Source: Nitrosopumilus maritimus SCM1 (GTDB taxonomy: Archaea; Thermoproteota; Nitrososphaeria; Nitrososphaerales; Nitrosopumilaceae). Taken from it: 32,000 nt of DNA. The stretch's first letter is position 1, and every line of letters begins with the position of its first letter. A program made the translations under genes and the position numbers. Shown here one piece after another: positions 17,471 through 27,006 of this stretch. The stretch covers positions 1,140,001 to 1,172,000 of the forward strand of contig NC_010085.1 in NCBI RefSeq assembly GCF_000018465.1, in the 5' to 3' direction. Below the pieces are notes generated by a model. The model searched no databases and had not been told where the DNA came from. It saw only the letters and a program-made list of their open reading frames with translations.

Positions 17471-18739
17471 ATGGCAAAAATATTTGTAGAATCTTATGGA
17501 TGTTCTGCAAGCTTTGCAGACTCTGAAATGATTTCAGGATTAATTCTAAACGGAGGACATACTTTGGTAGAAGATTCTTCAGAATCAGATCTCAATGTTG
17601 TGGTAACATGTTCTGTAAAGGATGCGACTGCAAACAAGATGGTTCACAGAATAAAGTCACTAAAGACAAAGCCTCTAGTTGTGGCAGGATGTCTACCAAA
17701 GGCAGAAAAAGAAACTGTAGAAAAGTTTTCTGAAAATGCAAGTCTACTTGGTCCAAATTCTTTAGGAAAGACTCTCCAAGTTATTGATTCCACACTCAAA
17801 GGAAGGAAAAAGATTGCATTAGAAGACACTGATCTCTCAAAAGTTGGGCTGCCCAAAGTCAGATTGAATCCAGCAGTAGGAATAGTTGAAATTGCAAGTG
17901 GATGTATGAGTGAATGTACATTTTGTCAAACTAAGATTTCAAAAGGCGATCTTCAAAGCTACAGACTAGGAGACATTGTAAGACAAGTAAAGACAGAGAT
18001 CAATGAAGGATGTAAAGAAGTCTGGTTAACATCAACAGACAATGGATGTTATGGATTTGACATTGGAACAGATTTACCTTCTTTGATTAATGCAGTGTCA
18101 GAAATTCCTGAAGAGTTTATGATTAGAGTTGGAATGATGAATCCAATGTACATGCCACGAATCAAAGAAAAGTTAATTGAATCATATGATAATGACAAAG
18201 TCTTCAAGTTCCTACACATTCCAGTACAAAGTGGAAGTGACAAAGTTCTACATGACATGAAAAGAGGACATACTGCTGGAACCTTTAGGGAGATTGTAAA
18301 GAAAGCAAGAGAGAGATTCCCAGACTTTACCATTTCAACTGACATCATAGTTGGATTCCCATCAGAGACCAAAGAAGACTTTGAGAAAACAGTAGAACTG
18401 CTTGATGAGACAAGACCAGATGTTGTAAATCTCTCAAAATATAGCGCTAGGCCTGGAACAGAAGCTGCTGAATGGGAGCAAATTGATGTTGCAGAAGTAA
18501 AATCAAGAAGTAAGAGAATTTTTGAGCAGATCAACAAAATATCATTGGAGAACAACAAAAAGTGGATCGGTTGGAAAGGTGACGTTCTCTTTGATGAGCA
18601 GACAGATGAGGGAATCAAAGGTAGAAACTTTGCTTACAAGCCAGTCTTTGTCCCTGAACAAGTAGACATTGGTCAATTACATGCAGTTGAGATCATTGAT
18701 GCTACTCAAAATAGCCTTCTTGGAAAGATCGCAAGCTAA
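17471..18739 (+). CDS. Archaeal/eukaryotic-type threonylcarbamoyladenosine tRNA methylthiotransferase (MiaB-like)
   Basis: VESYGCSASFADSEM, VVAGCLPKAE, radical SAM ASGCMSECTFCQTKISKGDLQSY, IIVGFPSETKEDF. Confidence 0.9.
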   Translation: MAKIFVESYGCSASFADSEMISGLILNGGHTLVEDSSESDLNVVVTCSVKDATANKMVHRIKSLKTKPLVVAGCLPKAEKETVEKFSENASLLGPNSLGKTLQVIDSTLKGRKKIALEDTDLSKVGLPKVRLNPAVGIVEIASGCMSECTFCQTKISKGDLQSYRLGDIVRQVKTEINEGCKEVWLTSTDNGCYGFDIGTDLPSLINAVSEIPEEFMIRVGMMNPMYMPRIKEKLIESYDNDKVFKFLHIPVQSGSDKVLHDMKRGHTAGTFREIVKKARERFPDFTISTDIIVGFPSETKEDFEKTVELLDETRPDVVNLSKYSARPGTEAAEWEQIDVAEVKSRSKRIFEQINKISLENNKKWIGWKGDVLFDEQTDEGIKGRNFAYKPVFVPEQVDIGQLHAVEIIDATQNSLLGKIAS

Positions 18740-18812
18740 ATTTTTTAGATCTAAAATTTGATTAAAAAAACGTAAGAAGGTTTTTTATGGAATTCAGAGA
18801 ATAGGATCTGAA

Positions 18813-19763
18813 ATGAGTTTTCAAGTAAAAGAACCAGTTTTAGTAGTAGGTCTTGGTGGTGCAGGCTCAAAACTAGCACTCAAAGCCAAAGATTCACTAA
18901 ATTCAGATTGTCTCTTAATCAGCAATGATTCAAAGGACTTTGCAGGAGATGTTCCTTCTGTGCATGTTTCAACAGATTCAGTAGTAAATCCATCAATGCA
19001 ATTAATCAGAGGCTCAACTTACAATGCTTCAGAAGAAATCAAATCAAAAATTTCAGGCTATTCAACTATTGTTATGATGAGTAATTTGGCTGGAAAAGCA
19101 GGCTCAGCAATGGCGCCGGTTGTATCAGAGATGTGCAAAGAATCAGACATCGGACTAGTTTCATTTGCAATTATGCCTTTCAAATATGAAAAAGACAGAA
19201 TTTTCAATTCAGGTGTATCACTAAAACGAGTTAGAGAAAACTCTGAATGCACTGTTGTGCTTGATAATGATTCATTATTAGAAAGCAATCCAGACTTGAC
19301 TCCAAAAGCATGCTATGATATTGCAAATTCTGCAATTATGCACGTAGTAGAGTCACTTGGAACCTCAGAAATGTCTCACGATACAAACATTCTCACTACA
19401 AGCAAGGAAGGACAAGATATTGAAGATTCTCTTAGAGATTCACTCAAAATGTTATATGAAAATGCTCCACCTAATGCAGTAAAACGCTCAATGCTTTATG
19501 TTGTTGGAGGAAGCAATATTCCAGTAGGAGTACTAAATTCTATTACCAATCTTACAAGTGGAATTCTAGGTGAAAGTAATTCACAAATTGACATGACATC
19601 AGAACATGAAGAATCCAAAGTAGTAATGCTATCATCCATTCAAGGAATGACTAAATTTGATAACTATGATCCTCTTGGAATGATTCCACAAGAAGATACA
19701 CTTGATTGGTCTACACCAGACTGTAGTATTGATTGTGAATTAGACTTATACCAATTAGAATAA
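18813..19763 (+). CDS. Divergent FtsZ/tubulin-superfamily-like protein
   Basis: VLVVGLGGAGSKLALKAKD N-terminal glycine motif and the NDSLLESNPDLTPKACYDIANSAIMHV segment are FtsZ-like; canonical GGGTG[TS]G and NxDxxD not found. Confidence 0.7.
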   Translation: MSFQVKEPVLVVGLGGAGSKLALKAKDSLNSDCLLISNDSKDFAGDVPSVHVSTDSVVNPSMQLIRGSTYNASEEIKSKISGYSTIVMMSNLAGKAGSAMAPVVSEMCKESDIGLVSFAIMPFKYEKDRIFNSGVSLKRVRENSECTVVLDNDSLLESNPDLTPKACYDIANSAIMHVVESLGTSEMSHDTNILTTSKEGQDIEDSLRDSLKMLYENAPPNAVKRSMLYVVGGSNIPVGVLNSITNLTSGILGESNSQIDMTSEHEESKVVMLSSIQGMTKFDNYDPLGMIPQEDTLDWSTPDCSIDCELDLYQLE

Positions 19764-19764
19764 A

Positions 19765-19783
19765 ATAATTTTTTTAAAATTAT
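19765..19783. terminator. AT-rich stem-loop between convergent genes, possible terminator
   Basis: ATAATTTT-TTT-AAAATTAT, 8-bp stem, followed by aatttttt; begins 2 nt after the 19763 stop. Confidence 0.4.
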
Positions 19784-19799
19784 AATTTTTTGAAAGAGT

Positions 19800-20363
19800 T
19801 TATTCTTTTTCTGCTTTCTTTGGTTTTTCAGAAGGTGCTTCTTTAGTTGGTTCTTCTACTTTGTCTTCAACTTTAGGTTCTTCTTTTGCTGGTGCCTCTT
19901 CTTTCTTTGGTTCTTCTTTAGATGGTTTCTCTTCTTTTGCTGGTGCCTCTTCTTTAGTTGGTTCTTCTACTTCAGCCTCGACTTTAGTTTCTGCTTCTGG
20001 TTCTTCTACTTCTGCTTCAACTTTAGTTTCTTCCTTAGTTGGCTCTTCTACTTTGTCTTCAACTTTTGGAGTTTCTTTTTCAGGTGTTACTTTAGATTCA
20101 ATTTCTTCTTCATATGGAGAAACAAGAACATAGCCTTCATCGGTCTTGCTCATTCTAACTCTAATCTTTCTTGGAGGACTTCGAATTCCTTTTGCCCAAA
20201 TTTGGTGAGCTAAATCTTCTTCAATTTTAATATCTTCAACTTTCATGTGATGACGAGCAAATTCTTTGATCATATTGATTGCTCTAACTGCTCTGTGTTG
20301 TGACTGAGAGAGTAATACTTTACCAAGTGGAATTGTGTAAACGCGTTCTAATTCTTGAGACAT
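19800..20363 (-). CDS. rpl31e: 50S ribosomal protein L31e with long Lys/Glu-rich C-terminal extension
   Basis: ERVYTIPLGKVLLSQSQHRAVRAINMIKEFARHHMKVEDIKIEEDLAHQIWAKGIRSPPRKIRVRM, then a repetitive VEEPTKEE/APAKEEP tail. Confidence 0.9.
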   Translation of the reverse strand: MSQELERVYTIPLGKVLLSQSQHRAVRAINMIKEFARHHMKVEDIKIEEDLAHQIWAKGIRSPPRKIRVRMSKTDEGYVLVSPYEEEIESKVTPEKETPKVEDKVEEPTKEETKVEAEVEEPEAETKVEAEVEEPTKEEAPAKEEKPSKEEPKKEEAPAKEEPKVEDKVEEPTKEAPSEKPKKAEKE

Positions 20364-20522
20364 CTATCCTACCTCCACATCAGTTGATCTCCAAGCTCTA
20401 CGTTTTGGATTAGTTCTTACACTTCTCTTTGTTTTGAGAATAATCCATGCAGGTACTGGTGATGCCTGTTTTGTTTTCTTTAACAGACGAATCTTCCTTG
20501 GAGAGGACTTACGAGCAGCCAT
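20364..20522 (-). CDS. rpl39e: 50S ribosomal protein L39e, 52 aa (absent from ORF track)
   Basis: MAARKSSPRKIRLLKKTKQASPVPAWIILKTKRSVRTNPKRRAWRSTDVEVG*; directly upstream of rpl31e. Confidence 0.92.
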   Translation of the reverse strand: MAARKSSPRKIRLLKKTKQASPVPAWIILKTKRSVRTNPKRRAWRSTDVEVG

Positions 20523-20559
20523 AGATTTTCAGGCACGCGGAGCTCTTTTTAAATGAATC

Positions 20560-21111
20560 TCAGGATTTTAAGCCACTTTGCATCTGTTTTAGGATTCTAG
20601 CAGAGGCTCCCCAGACAATTTGATTCTGATACTCAAATGTATACATTTCTTGTATTTTGTTATGAGAAGGATCAGGATCTTTGGCCATGGTTTTCAAAAA
20701 CGATTCTAACGGAATATGAAAAATTTTTTCAACTTCACAATTTGCAGATAGTTTTGAAATTTCACGTAGTACAGAGATAAAAGGCAAAATAAGAAAACCA
20801 GAATTCAATGTTATTACAGGATCTAATTGTCCAATGACTTGGTCTCGTGTAATAGTTAAACCAATTTCTTCACTTGTTTCACGTAATGCAGTATCCAAAA
20901 GATCCGAATCAGCAGGATCTAATTTTCCACCAGGGAATGAAATTTCACCTGCATGGAATTTCATGTCTTTTGGTTTTTCTGTCATCACAACCATTGGTTC
21001 TTCTCCATAAACTACAACAAGAACAGATGCCAAACGATATTTTCCAGTGTTTTCCAATACAGGATCAATTGGAGTAGAAAATATAGATTGTATTTGTTCT
21101 AAATTCAACAT
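20560..21111 (-). CDS. Nudix hydrolase (CoA pyrophosphatase-like)
   Basis: Nudix box GGKLDPADSDLLDTALRETSEEIGL. Confidence 0.85.
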   Translation of the reverse strand: MLNLEQIQSIFSTPIDPVLENTGKYRLASVLVVVYGEEPMVVMTEKPKDMKFHAGEISFPGGKLDPADSDLLDTALRETSEEIGLTITRDQVIGQLDPVITLNSGFLILPFISVLREISKLSANCEVEKIFHIPLESFLKTMAKDPDPSHNKIQEMYTFEYQNQIVWGASARILKQMQSGLKS

Positions 21112-21180
21112 TATTGTCCCACTTTTCCATATGGGTTTTGGTATTCAAAGGTTTTAACCAAGGATGCAAAAAATGACAAT

Positions 21181-21918
21181 ATGACAATCAGGTATGAAGC
21201 TAATCCACCTAAAATTTTACCTGATGTAGATACTGATCAATCAATAAAGAAATTCATTGAAAGGATAAAAGATATTTCAAAAAAATGCGATGCAATTCAT
21301 CTTACAGAAAATGTGTTAGGATTTCAGAGAGTTTCTCCACTAGAAGTAGGAAAAATAATAAAAAAAGAAATTCCAGATTTACCAATTACAGTAAGTTTAC
21401 GAGTCAGAGATAAATCCGAAGAAGAAATTTCAGAGTTTGTTGAGAATTGTATTAACATTGGCTTTTCAGGAATCCTAGTTTTGATGGGAGATCCTTCACA
21501 AACAGGAAAAACAGATTCAGGGCAGATTCCAAGTTTGACTGTAAAAAAATTAAAAGAAAAAAATGTAGATTCAAAAATTGATTTGTATCTTTCAGTATCA
21601 AACAAACCAAATTTCTCTAAACTTGGAAAGAAGAAAGATGCAAAACCAAAAGGGTTCATGACTCAAGTAGTTCAAAATGTAGAACAAGTACAGACATTAG
21701 CAGATAATCTGAAGGAATTTTCAGTCATTCCAATCATACTATTTCCTTCACAAAAAAATGAGAAATCCGCAGAATTTTTGGATTTAGATTTAGAATCATA
21801 CAGCCAAGAATTTGAAGAGTTGTTGAAAAAAGCACATGAGATTACAGGTGATGTCTTGCTAACATCACCAAATGATTTTACAGGATTAAACGAATTTTTG
21901 AGTAAAACAAGTTTCTAA
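21181..21918 (+). CDS. Methylenetetrahydrofolate reductase-like protein
   Basis: MTIRYEANPPK...DAIHLTENVLGFQRVSPLEVG..., GFSGILVLMGDPSQTG; adjacent to metH genes. Confidence 0.7.
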   Translation: MTIRYEANPPKILPDVDTDQSIKKFIERIKDISKKCDAIHLTENVLGFQRVSPLEVGKIIKKEIPDLPITVSLRVRDKSEEEISEFVENCINIGFSGILVLMGDPSQTGKTDSGQIPSLTVKKLKEKNVDSKIDLYLSVSNKPNFSKLGKKKDAKPKGFMTQVVQNVEQVQTLADNLKEFSVIPIILFPSQKNEKSAEFLDLDLESYSQEFEELLKKAHEITGDVLLTSPNDFTGLNEFLSKTSF

Positions 21919-24413
21919 AGTACAAAGTACTGTGCTTTAGGATGATGTACAACTATAGCAGCAGTTGATTGCTCAGGAATTATTTGACCTGATTCAGTTA
22001 ATTCCATTCCAGATTTTTGTGGTTCCAAGAGTTTCCATACCAATTGATGTTGCAATACATCAGGACAGCTAGGGAAACCCCAAGAATATCTCAAACCACC
22101 TGCATCTAAATTCAATTCAGATTTTATTTTGCGATTAATCCATTCAGCTAATGCTTCTGCAACTTCAACTGCCAATCCATGAAGATAGTATGCATCAGTG
22201 TACTTGTCCTCTTTATTCCATTGTTCGATAATATCTGCAACTTTGTTACCAACTGTTACAGCTTGAAATGCAACAACATCATCATCACCAAAATAATCAG
22301 TTAAACATAGATGTTCAGGTTTAGTAGAACGAGGAAAATCAAAGGATACATCATCGCCACGAGGATTTTCTACAGATAGTTTTCCATCCTTGTTGTGACA
22401 TTTGAAATAGCCATAAACTACTTCGGGTTCAAACAGTTTTTCTCGAATTATTCTAATCTTCCATTGACTAAGCAGTTGTTCGTGATCAGCCTCTGATTCA
22501 GAGCCTGCTTTACCTCTTAGTCCCCATGAAAGCTTGAAGAGGGATTTCTTGTCAATTAGTTGCCATACTTCATCCATCTTGATTTGTTCTCCTTTGAGAC
22601 GAATAGGTTCACCAATAGTTGTTGGAGTAGGTGCTTGTACAGGTTTGATGTCACTTTTTGGTAGACTGGCAGGATCAACAGTTGCAGTAGATTTTTCTTT
22701 CCAGTTTTCTAATTTTTCTTTCCATTCTGCTAACAATTTTGGTTTTTCATCAGAGATCAATGTGTCCATTGTTTTTAGACCTTCAAACATTGTATTACAA
22801 TAAAAGACACCAGGCTCATAGATTCCATCTTCTTTTGCAATACGATTAATGTAATTGCTGTTAATTGCAGCACCACCACATAGAATTGGAATATTCATCT
22901 TGTTTTTTCTTGCATGTTCTACAAAGAATTGCATTTGTTTTGAAGTAGAAACTAGTAATGCAGAAAGCCCAATTGCATCAGGATTTACTTCATCAATTTT
23001 CTCAAGGAATTTTTGCAGTGGAACTTGTTTTCCAAGATCATAAACAGTATAACCATTATTTTGAAAGATAGTCTTTACCAAATTCTTCCCAATATCATGA
23101 ACATCACCATATACAGTTCCTAAAACCAGTTTTCCTTTGCTAGAGCCTTCTTCTTTGACCAAATACTTTTCAAGTTCACCAACAGCTGCTTTCATACATT
23201 CAGCAGATTTCAAAACAAATGGAAGGATTAATTCTCCTGCTCCAAATTTATCACCTACTTCTTTCATTGCAGGTAACAAGTCTTCATTGAGAGTTCTAAT
23301 TGCACCATCATGAGTTTCTTCAGGAGGAGCATCAAGTGAAAGAACACCATCAGTATCCTTTAGAATTTCATTTTTTCCAACTTTATCAGCAATTGCAGAT
23401 ACAACATCATTTTCTATTCCATCCTTGAGTCTGTTTACGATTCTAAAGTTGGCCTTCTTTCCTGCAGGCCAAGATGGGTCTACATCAACTTTCTTTGATG
23501 CAGTACTAGTTTGAGGTCCTGCATTCTCAAAGTATGTGATTAGTTCAGATAAGGCATTAGGATGAGTGTTAAAGATTAGATCTTCGGCAAGTTTTCTTTC
23601 CTTCTCATCAATCTCTCCATAAGGAATTATCTCTTTTGCATTAACAATTGCAGTATCAAGACCTGACTTTATTGCATGATGTAGAAATACAGAGTTTAGA
23701 ATTTTTCTAGCATAAGGAACCAGTCCAAAACTAATGTTACTTAGACCCAAGGTAGTAAAAGATTCAGGGTATTTTTCTTTGACTAGTCGAATTCCTTCAA
23801 GAGTATTTTTTCCTGCTTCAAGAAATTCGTCCTCGCCAGTTGCAAGTGTAAATGTAAGAACATCAAAGATAAATTGTTCAATTTTTAATCCATATTTTTT
23901 ACCAGTTTCAAAAAGTAATTCAGCTGTCTCTAGTTTTTGTTGAGGAGTCTTTGCCATTCCGTTTGGTCCAATGCATAATGCTATTGCAGGTAAACCATAC
24001 TTTGCCATAATTGGTGCAAGTTTTTCAAATCTACTTCCATCACCTTCAAGATTAATAGAATTGATTATTGGTCTTCCTGGAATCTGTTTTACAGATGCAT
24101 CAATTACATCTGGATCAGTTGAATCAATTACTAATGGTGCATCAACTTCCAAGCTCAAACGCTTTACTAGATTTAGCATGAAATCTTTTTCATCAGCACG
24201 TTCAGTTGTTGCAACACATACATCAAGACAATGTGCTCCATCCTCAACTTGAGTTCTACCTAAATCAACTAGACCGTCATAATCATCTGCAAGAACCAGT
24301 TGTTTTGCCTTACGAGAACCTTGTGTATTGATTCTCTCTCCAATGATTAGCGGGGCAGGAATTTGTTTTAGATCAACTGCCTTTAATGCAGAACTTACTC
24401 TAGGTGTAGTCAA
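21915..24413 (-). CDS. metH: Methionine synthase, pterin-binding + B12-binding + reactivation domains (split MetH, C-terminal part)
   Basis: IIGERINTQGSRKAKQ pterin domain; GDVHDIGKNLV...SALLVST...CGGAAI cobalamin motif; C-terminal AEALAEWINRKI...RYSWGFPSCPD activation domain. Confidence 0.9.
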   Translation of the reverse strand: MTTPRVSSALKAVDLKQIPAPLIIGERINTQGSRKAKQLVLADDYDGLVDLGRTQVEDGAHCLDVCVATTERADEKDFMLNLVKRLSLEVDAPLVIDSTDPDVIDASVKQIPGRPIINSINLEGDGSRFEKLAPIMAKYGLPAIALCIGPNGMAKTPQQKLETAELLFETGKKYGLKIEQFIFDVLTFTLATGEDEFLEAGKNTLEGIRLVKEKYPESFTTLGLSNISFGLVPYARKILNSVFLHHAIKSGLDTAIVNAKEIIPYGEIDEKERKLAEDLIFNTHPNALSELITYFENAGPQTSTASKKVDVDPSWPAGKKANFRIVNRLKDGIENDVVSAIADKVGKNEILKDTDGVLSLDAPPEETHDGAIRTLNEDLLPAMKEVGDKFGAGELILPFVLKSAECMKAAVGELEKYLVKEEGSSKGKLVLGTVYGDVHDIGKNLVKTIFQNNGYTVYDLGKQVPLQKFLEKIDEVNPDAIGLSALLVSTSKQMQFFVEHARKNKMNIPILCGGAAINSNYINRIAKEDGIYEPGVFYCNTMFEGLKTMDTLISDEKPKLLAEWKEKLENWKEKSTATVDPASLPKSDIKPVQAPTPTTIGEPIRLKGEQIKMDEVWQLIDKKSLFKLSWGLRGKAGSESEADHEQLLSQWKIRIIREKLFEPEVVYGYFKCHNKDGKLSVENPRGDDVSFDFPRSTKPEHLCLTDYFGDDDVVAFQAVTVGNKVADIIEQWNKEDKYTDAYYLHGLAVEVAEALAEWINRKIKSELNLDAGGLRYSWGFPSCPDVLQHQLVWKLLEPQKSGMELTESGQIIPEQSTAAIVVHHPKAQYFVL

Positions 24414-24445
24414 TAGTGTAAAATCATCTCGGTTTTTCTAAATAC

Positions 24446-25408
24446 TTAACCCTCGACAGAGTTGGCTTTTTCGTCAATTACTTTTCTTAGAACTTTGATG
24501 TGTTCAGGATTTGTTCCACAGCAGCCTCCAATTATTCGTACCTTTTTGTATTGATTAAGAAAATCACCTAATGCATCACCCATCTTCTCAGGAGTCATCT
24601 TGTAGACTGCCTGACCTCCCTCGTTTTCAGGCATTCCAGCATTTGGAACCACCAAAATATTATGTTCATTTTGCTCATCAAGCCATCTCACACTGGGTGT
24701 CATCTCAATTGGACCAGTAGAACAATTCATTCCAAAGACATCAATTCCCATATCAGAAACAGTAGTATATGCAGCTTGGATGTTTGTTCCAAGTAACATT
24801 TTGCCGTATTGATCTAGTGTGGTATTTGCAATTATTGGAATCTTCTTTCCAGTTTTCTCCATTGCTTGATGACATGCTTCAATTACTAATTTTACTTCTA
24901 AAATATCCTGACTTGTTTCGATTAATAATGCATCAACTCCGCCAAGAATTAGTCCTTCTGCTTGTAGCTCAAATGCTTCTTTAATTTCATCAAGTGGTTT
25001 TTGTCCTAAATCAGGATCATTTGAGCTTGGTAAAAATCCGGATGGCCCCATAGAACCAATCACATATCGAGGTCTGTCTGAATATTCTTGACATACTTCA
25101 GATGCAAGTTGTGCAATCTTTTTGTTAAATTCAATTGTTTGATCACCAAAACCATATTCATCTAGTTTAATTTTGTTGGAACCAAAAGAGTTTGTTTCAA
25201 TACAATCAGCTCCTGCATCCAGATAATGTCTATGAATTTGTTTAATCCAATCAGGTCGAGTTACAACTAAGCCATCATTGAATCCATCTTGATTGTTTGG
25301 AAAGTCTTCTGGTTTTGGATTGAACTTTTGTATTTCAGTTCCCATTGCACCATCAAAAAGCAAAACTCTGTTTTGCAATGCATCCAAAAATGGTTCTTTT
25401 TCAGTCAA
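24446..25408 (-). CDS. metH: Homocysteine S-methyltransferase domain protein (split MetH, N-terminal part)
   Basis: LLFDGAMGTEIQKF, ADCIETNSFG, GMNCSTGP, RIIGGCCGTNPEHI zinc-ligand motif. Confidence 0.9.
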   Translation of the reverse strand: MTEKEPFLDALQNRVLLFDGAMGTEIQKFNPKPEDFPNNQDGFNDGLVVTRPDWIKQIHRHYLDAGADCIETNSFGSNKIKLDEYGFGDQTIEFNKKIAQLASEVCQEYSDRPRYVIGSMGPSGFLPSSNDPDLGQKPLDEIKEAFELQAEGLILGGVDALLIETSQDILEVKLVIEACHQAMEKTGKKIPIIANTTLDQYGKMLLGTNIQAAYTTVSDMGIDVFGMNCSTGPIEMTPSVRWLDEQNEHNILVVPNAGMPENEGGQAVYKMTPEKMGDALGDFLNQYKKVRIIGGCCGTNPEHIKVLRKVIDEKANSVEG

Positions 25409-25521
25409 TTTAATTTCAAAATGAATCTGTACAGTTTAACTCTTTTCAGAAAAAACCACCAACTGTAGTAGTAATGATACGTATGTTGAAATTAGGTCAA
25501 ACGGAATTTTCAAGTACATTT

Positions 25522-26622
25522 ATGCAAAAAGTTCAAGTAAACAATTTAGTACGAAGTGCCACATTTTTTCAGCACGCTGGTATCTCAATTGTCTTTGTTT
25601 TCATGCCTATTATTGCTCAAGGCGTCACAGAATCAGTCTTTGAGATAGGCCTTTTGGTAGCCTCATTTAGTTTTGCCCAGATTCTCTCGGAAATCTACTT
25701 TGGTAGGCACTCAGACAAGAAGGGAACCAGGCTCAAGTTCATCAGAATTGGATTCATCGGCTGTGCAATAGCATTTGGAATGCATTACTTTGCAACAGAT
25801 CTTTCCATGTTCTTTCTGGTAAGAATTGCAGCAGGAATTGCAAGTGGAATAATGATTCCAGCAATGATTGCATATACCTATGAAGCAAACGTTGACAAAA
25901 AAAGAGCAGCAACAGTAATCTCATTTCATGCATTAGGGTGGATGGCAGGAATTGCAGCAGCTGGACTTGCAAATGACTTGCAGTTAATTTTCTTGATAAG
26001 TGCAGCATCATTTGTAGTAGGGCTGTTATTTACAATCAGACTCCCAAATCCTGAGCAAGAAAAAGAAGTAGAGCCTGGAACTACAAAAAGAGTAATTTCA
26101 AAAAACAAATTTCTTTTCTTGTCATTACTGCTAAGACATATTGGTGCTGCTGCTGTTTGGACCATTCTTCCAATAATGATTGTAGATAGATGGGGAGGAG
26201 AACTATACCACATTTCAATTGTGTATACTGCAAACACAATGACTGCTTTTATTTTGATGAATGTAATGGCAAGTAAAATTCATCTATCAAATGTCACTAA
26301 ATTCAAGATAGGAGTCGGCTCTACAACATTTGTTTTTGTAGGGTTGTCATTTGTAACTGAATGGTGGATGGCAATGCCATTTATGTCACTGGTTGGTGCA
26401 ACATGGGCATTCTTGTTTATTGGTGGAAACTTTCACTTAATGGACAACAACCCACGTTCAACTTCAACTGGGATATTTAGCTCAACTCTATCAATTGCAA
26501 CAGTAGTTGGTCCTGTAATTGCAGGTGGAATTGCATTTGCATTTGACTATGTTGCAGTGATGTACTTTGCAATTGCCATCATTGTTAGTGCCTTTGCAGT
26601 ATCACTGAAAATCAAAAAATAA
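25522..26622 (+). CDS. Major facilitator superfamily transporter
   Basis: Multiple TM helices; GRHSDKKGTRLKFIRIG loop motif after TM2. Start MQKVQVNN at 25522 preferred over 25474. Confidence 0.85.
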   Translation: MQKVQVNNLVRSATFFQHAGISIVFVFMPIIAQGVTESVFEIGLLVASFSFAQILSEIYFGRHSDKKGTRLKFIRIGFIGCAIAFGMHYFATDLSMFFLVRIAAGIASGIMIPAMIAYTYEANVDKKRAATVISFHALGWMAGIAAAGLANDLQLIFLISAASFVVGLLFTIRLPNPEQEKEVEPGTTKRVISKNKFLFLSLLLRHIGAAAVWTILPIMIVDRWGGELYHISIVYTANTMTAFILMNVMASKIHLSNVTKFKIGVGSTTFVFVGLSFVTEWWMAMPFMSLVGATWAFLFIGGNFHLMDNNPRSTSTGIFSSTLSIATVVGPVIAGGIAFAFDYVAVMYFAIAIIVSAFAVSLKIKK

Positions 26623-26629
26623 TCCAGAA

Positions 26630-26953
26630 CTAAATCAGTTTTTTAATAATGTTAAACGCAGTATTGTGTTTTTCAGGCGTAATCCATAGTCGTTTGTACA
26701 CATGAAAATCAGTCTCAAGTACAATAGCCTTTTTCTTTGTAGGCCTTGTTGCATCAAAATGAAACCAATCTCTGAAATTATTAGAACCAGAGATTCTCAG
26801 CCTGCCTGAGAACAGACCCATCTTCTTTTCAGAGATTTTTTTGACATGAGATAGTTTGACGTCCTTTTTCCCCCAAGGCAAACACCAAGACTTGAACCGA
26901 ATCTTATCCTCAAAGATTTGGATGTGTTTATCAGAATACAGAATCTTTGACAT
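26630..26953 (-). CDS. Conserved hypothetical small protein
   Basis: 107 aa ORF MSKILYSDKHIQIFEDKIRFKSWCLPWGKKDVKL..., convergent with MFS gene. Confidence 0.6.
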   Translation of the reverse strand: MSKILYSDKHIQIFEDKIRFKSWCLPWGKKDVKLSHVKKISEKKMGLFSGRLRISGSNNFRDWFHFDATRPTKKKAIVLETDFHVYKRLWITPEKHNTAFNIIKKLI

Positions 26954-27006
26954 GTGTTATTGTAGTTTATTTTAGATTTAAAGATCTTGTGTAAAAGATT
27001 TTTAGA

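Noticed and set aside
21915-25408. Plus-strand ORFs inside the metH genes (22534, 23734, 23971, 24769)
   Set aside because: Antisense to strongly supported coding sequence, with no motifs or promoter evidence.
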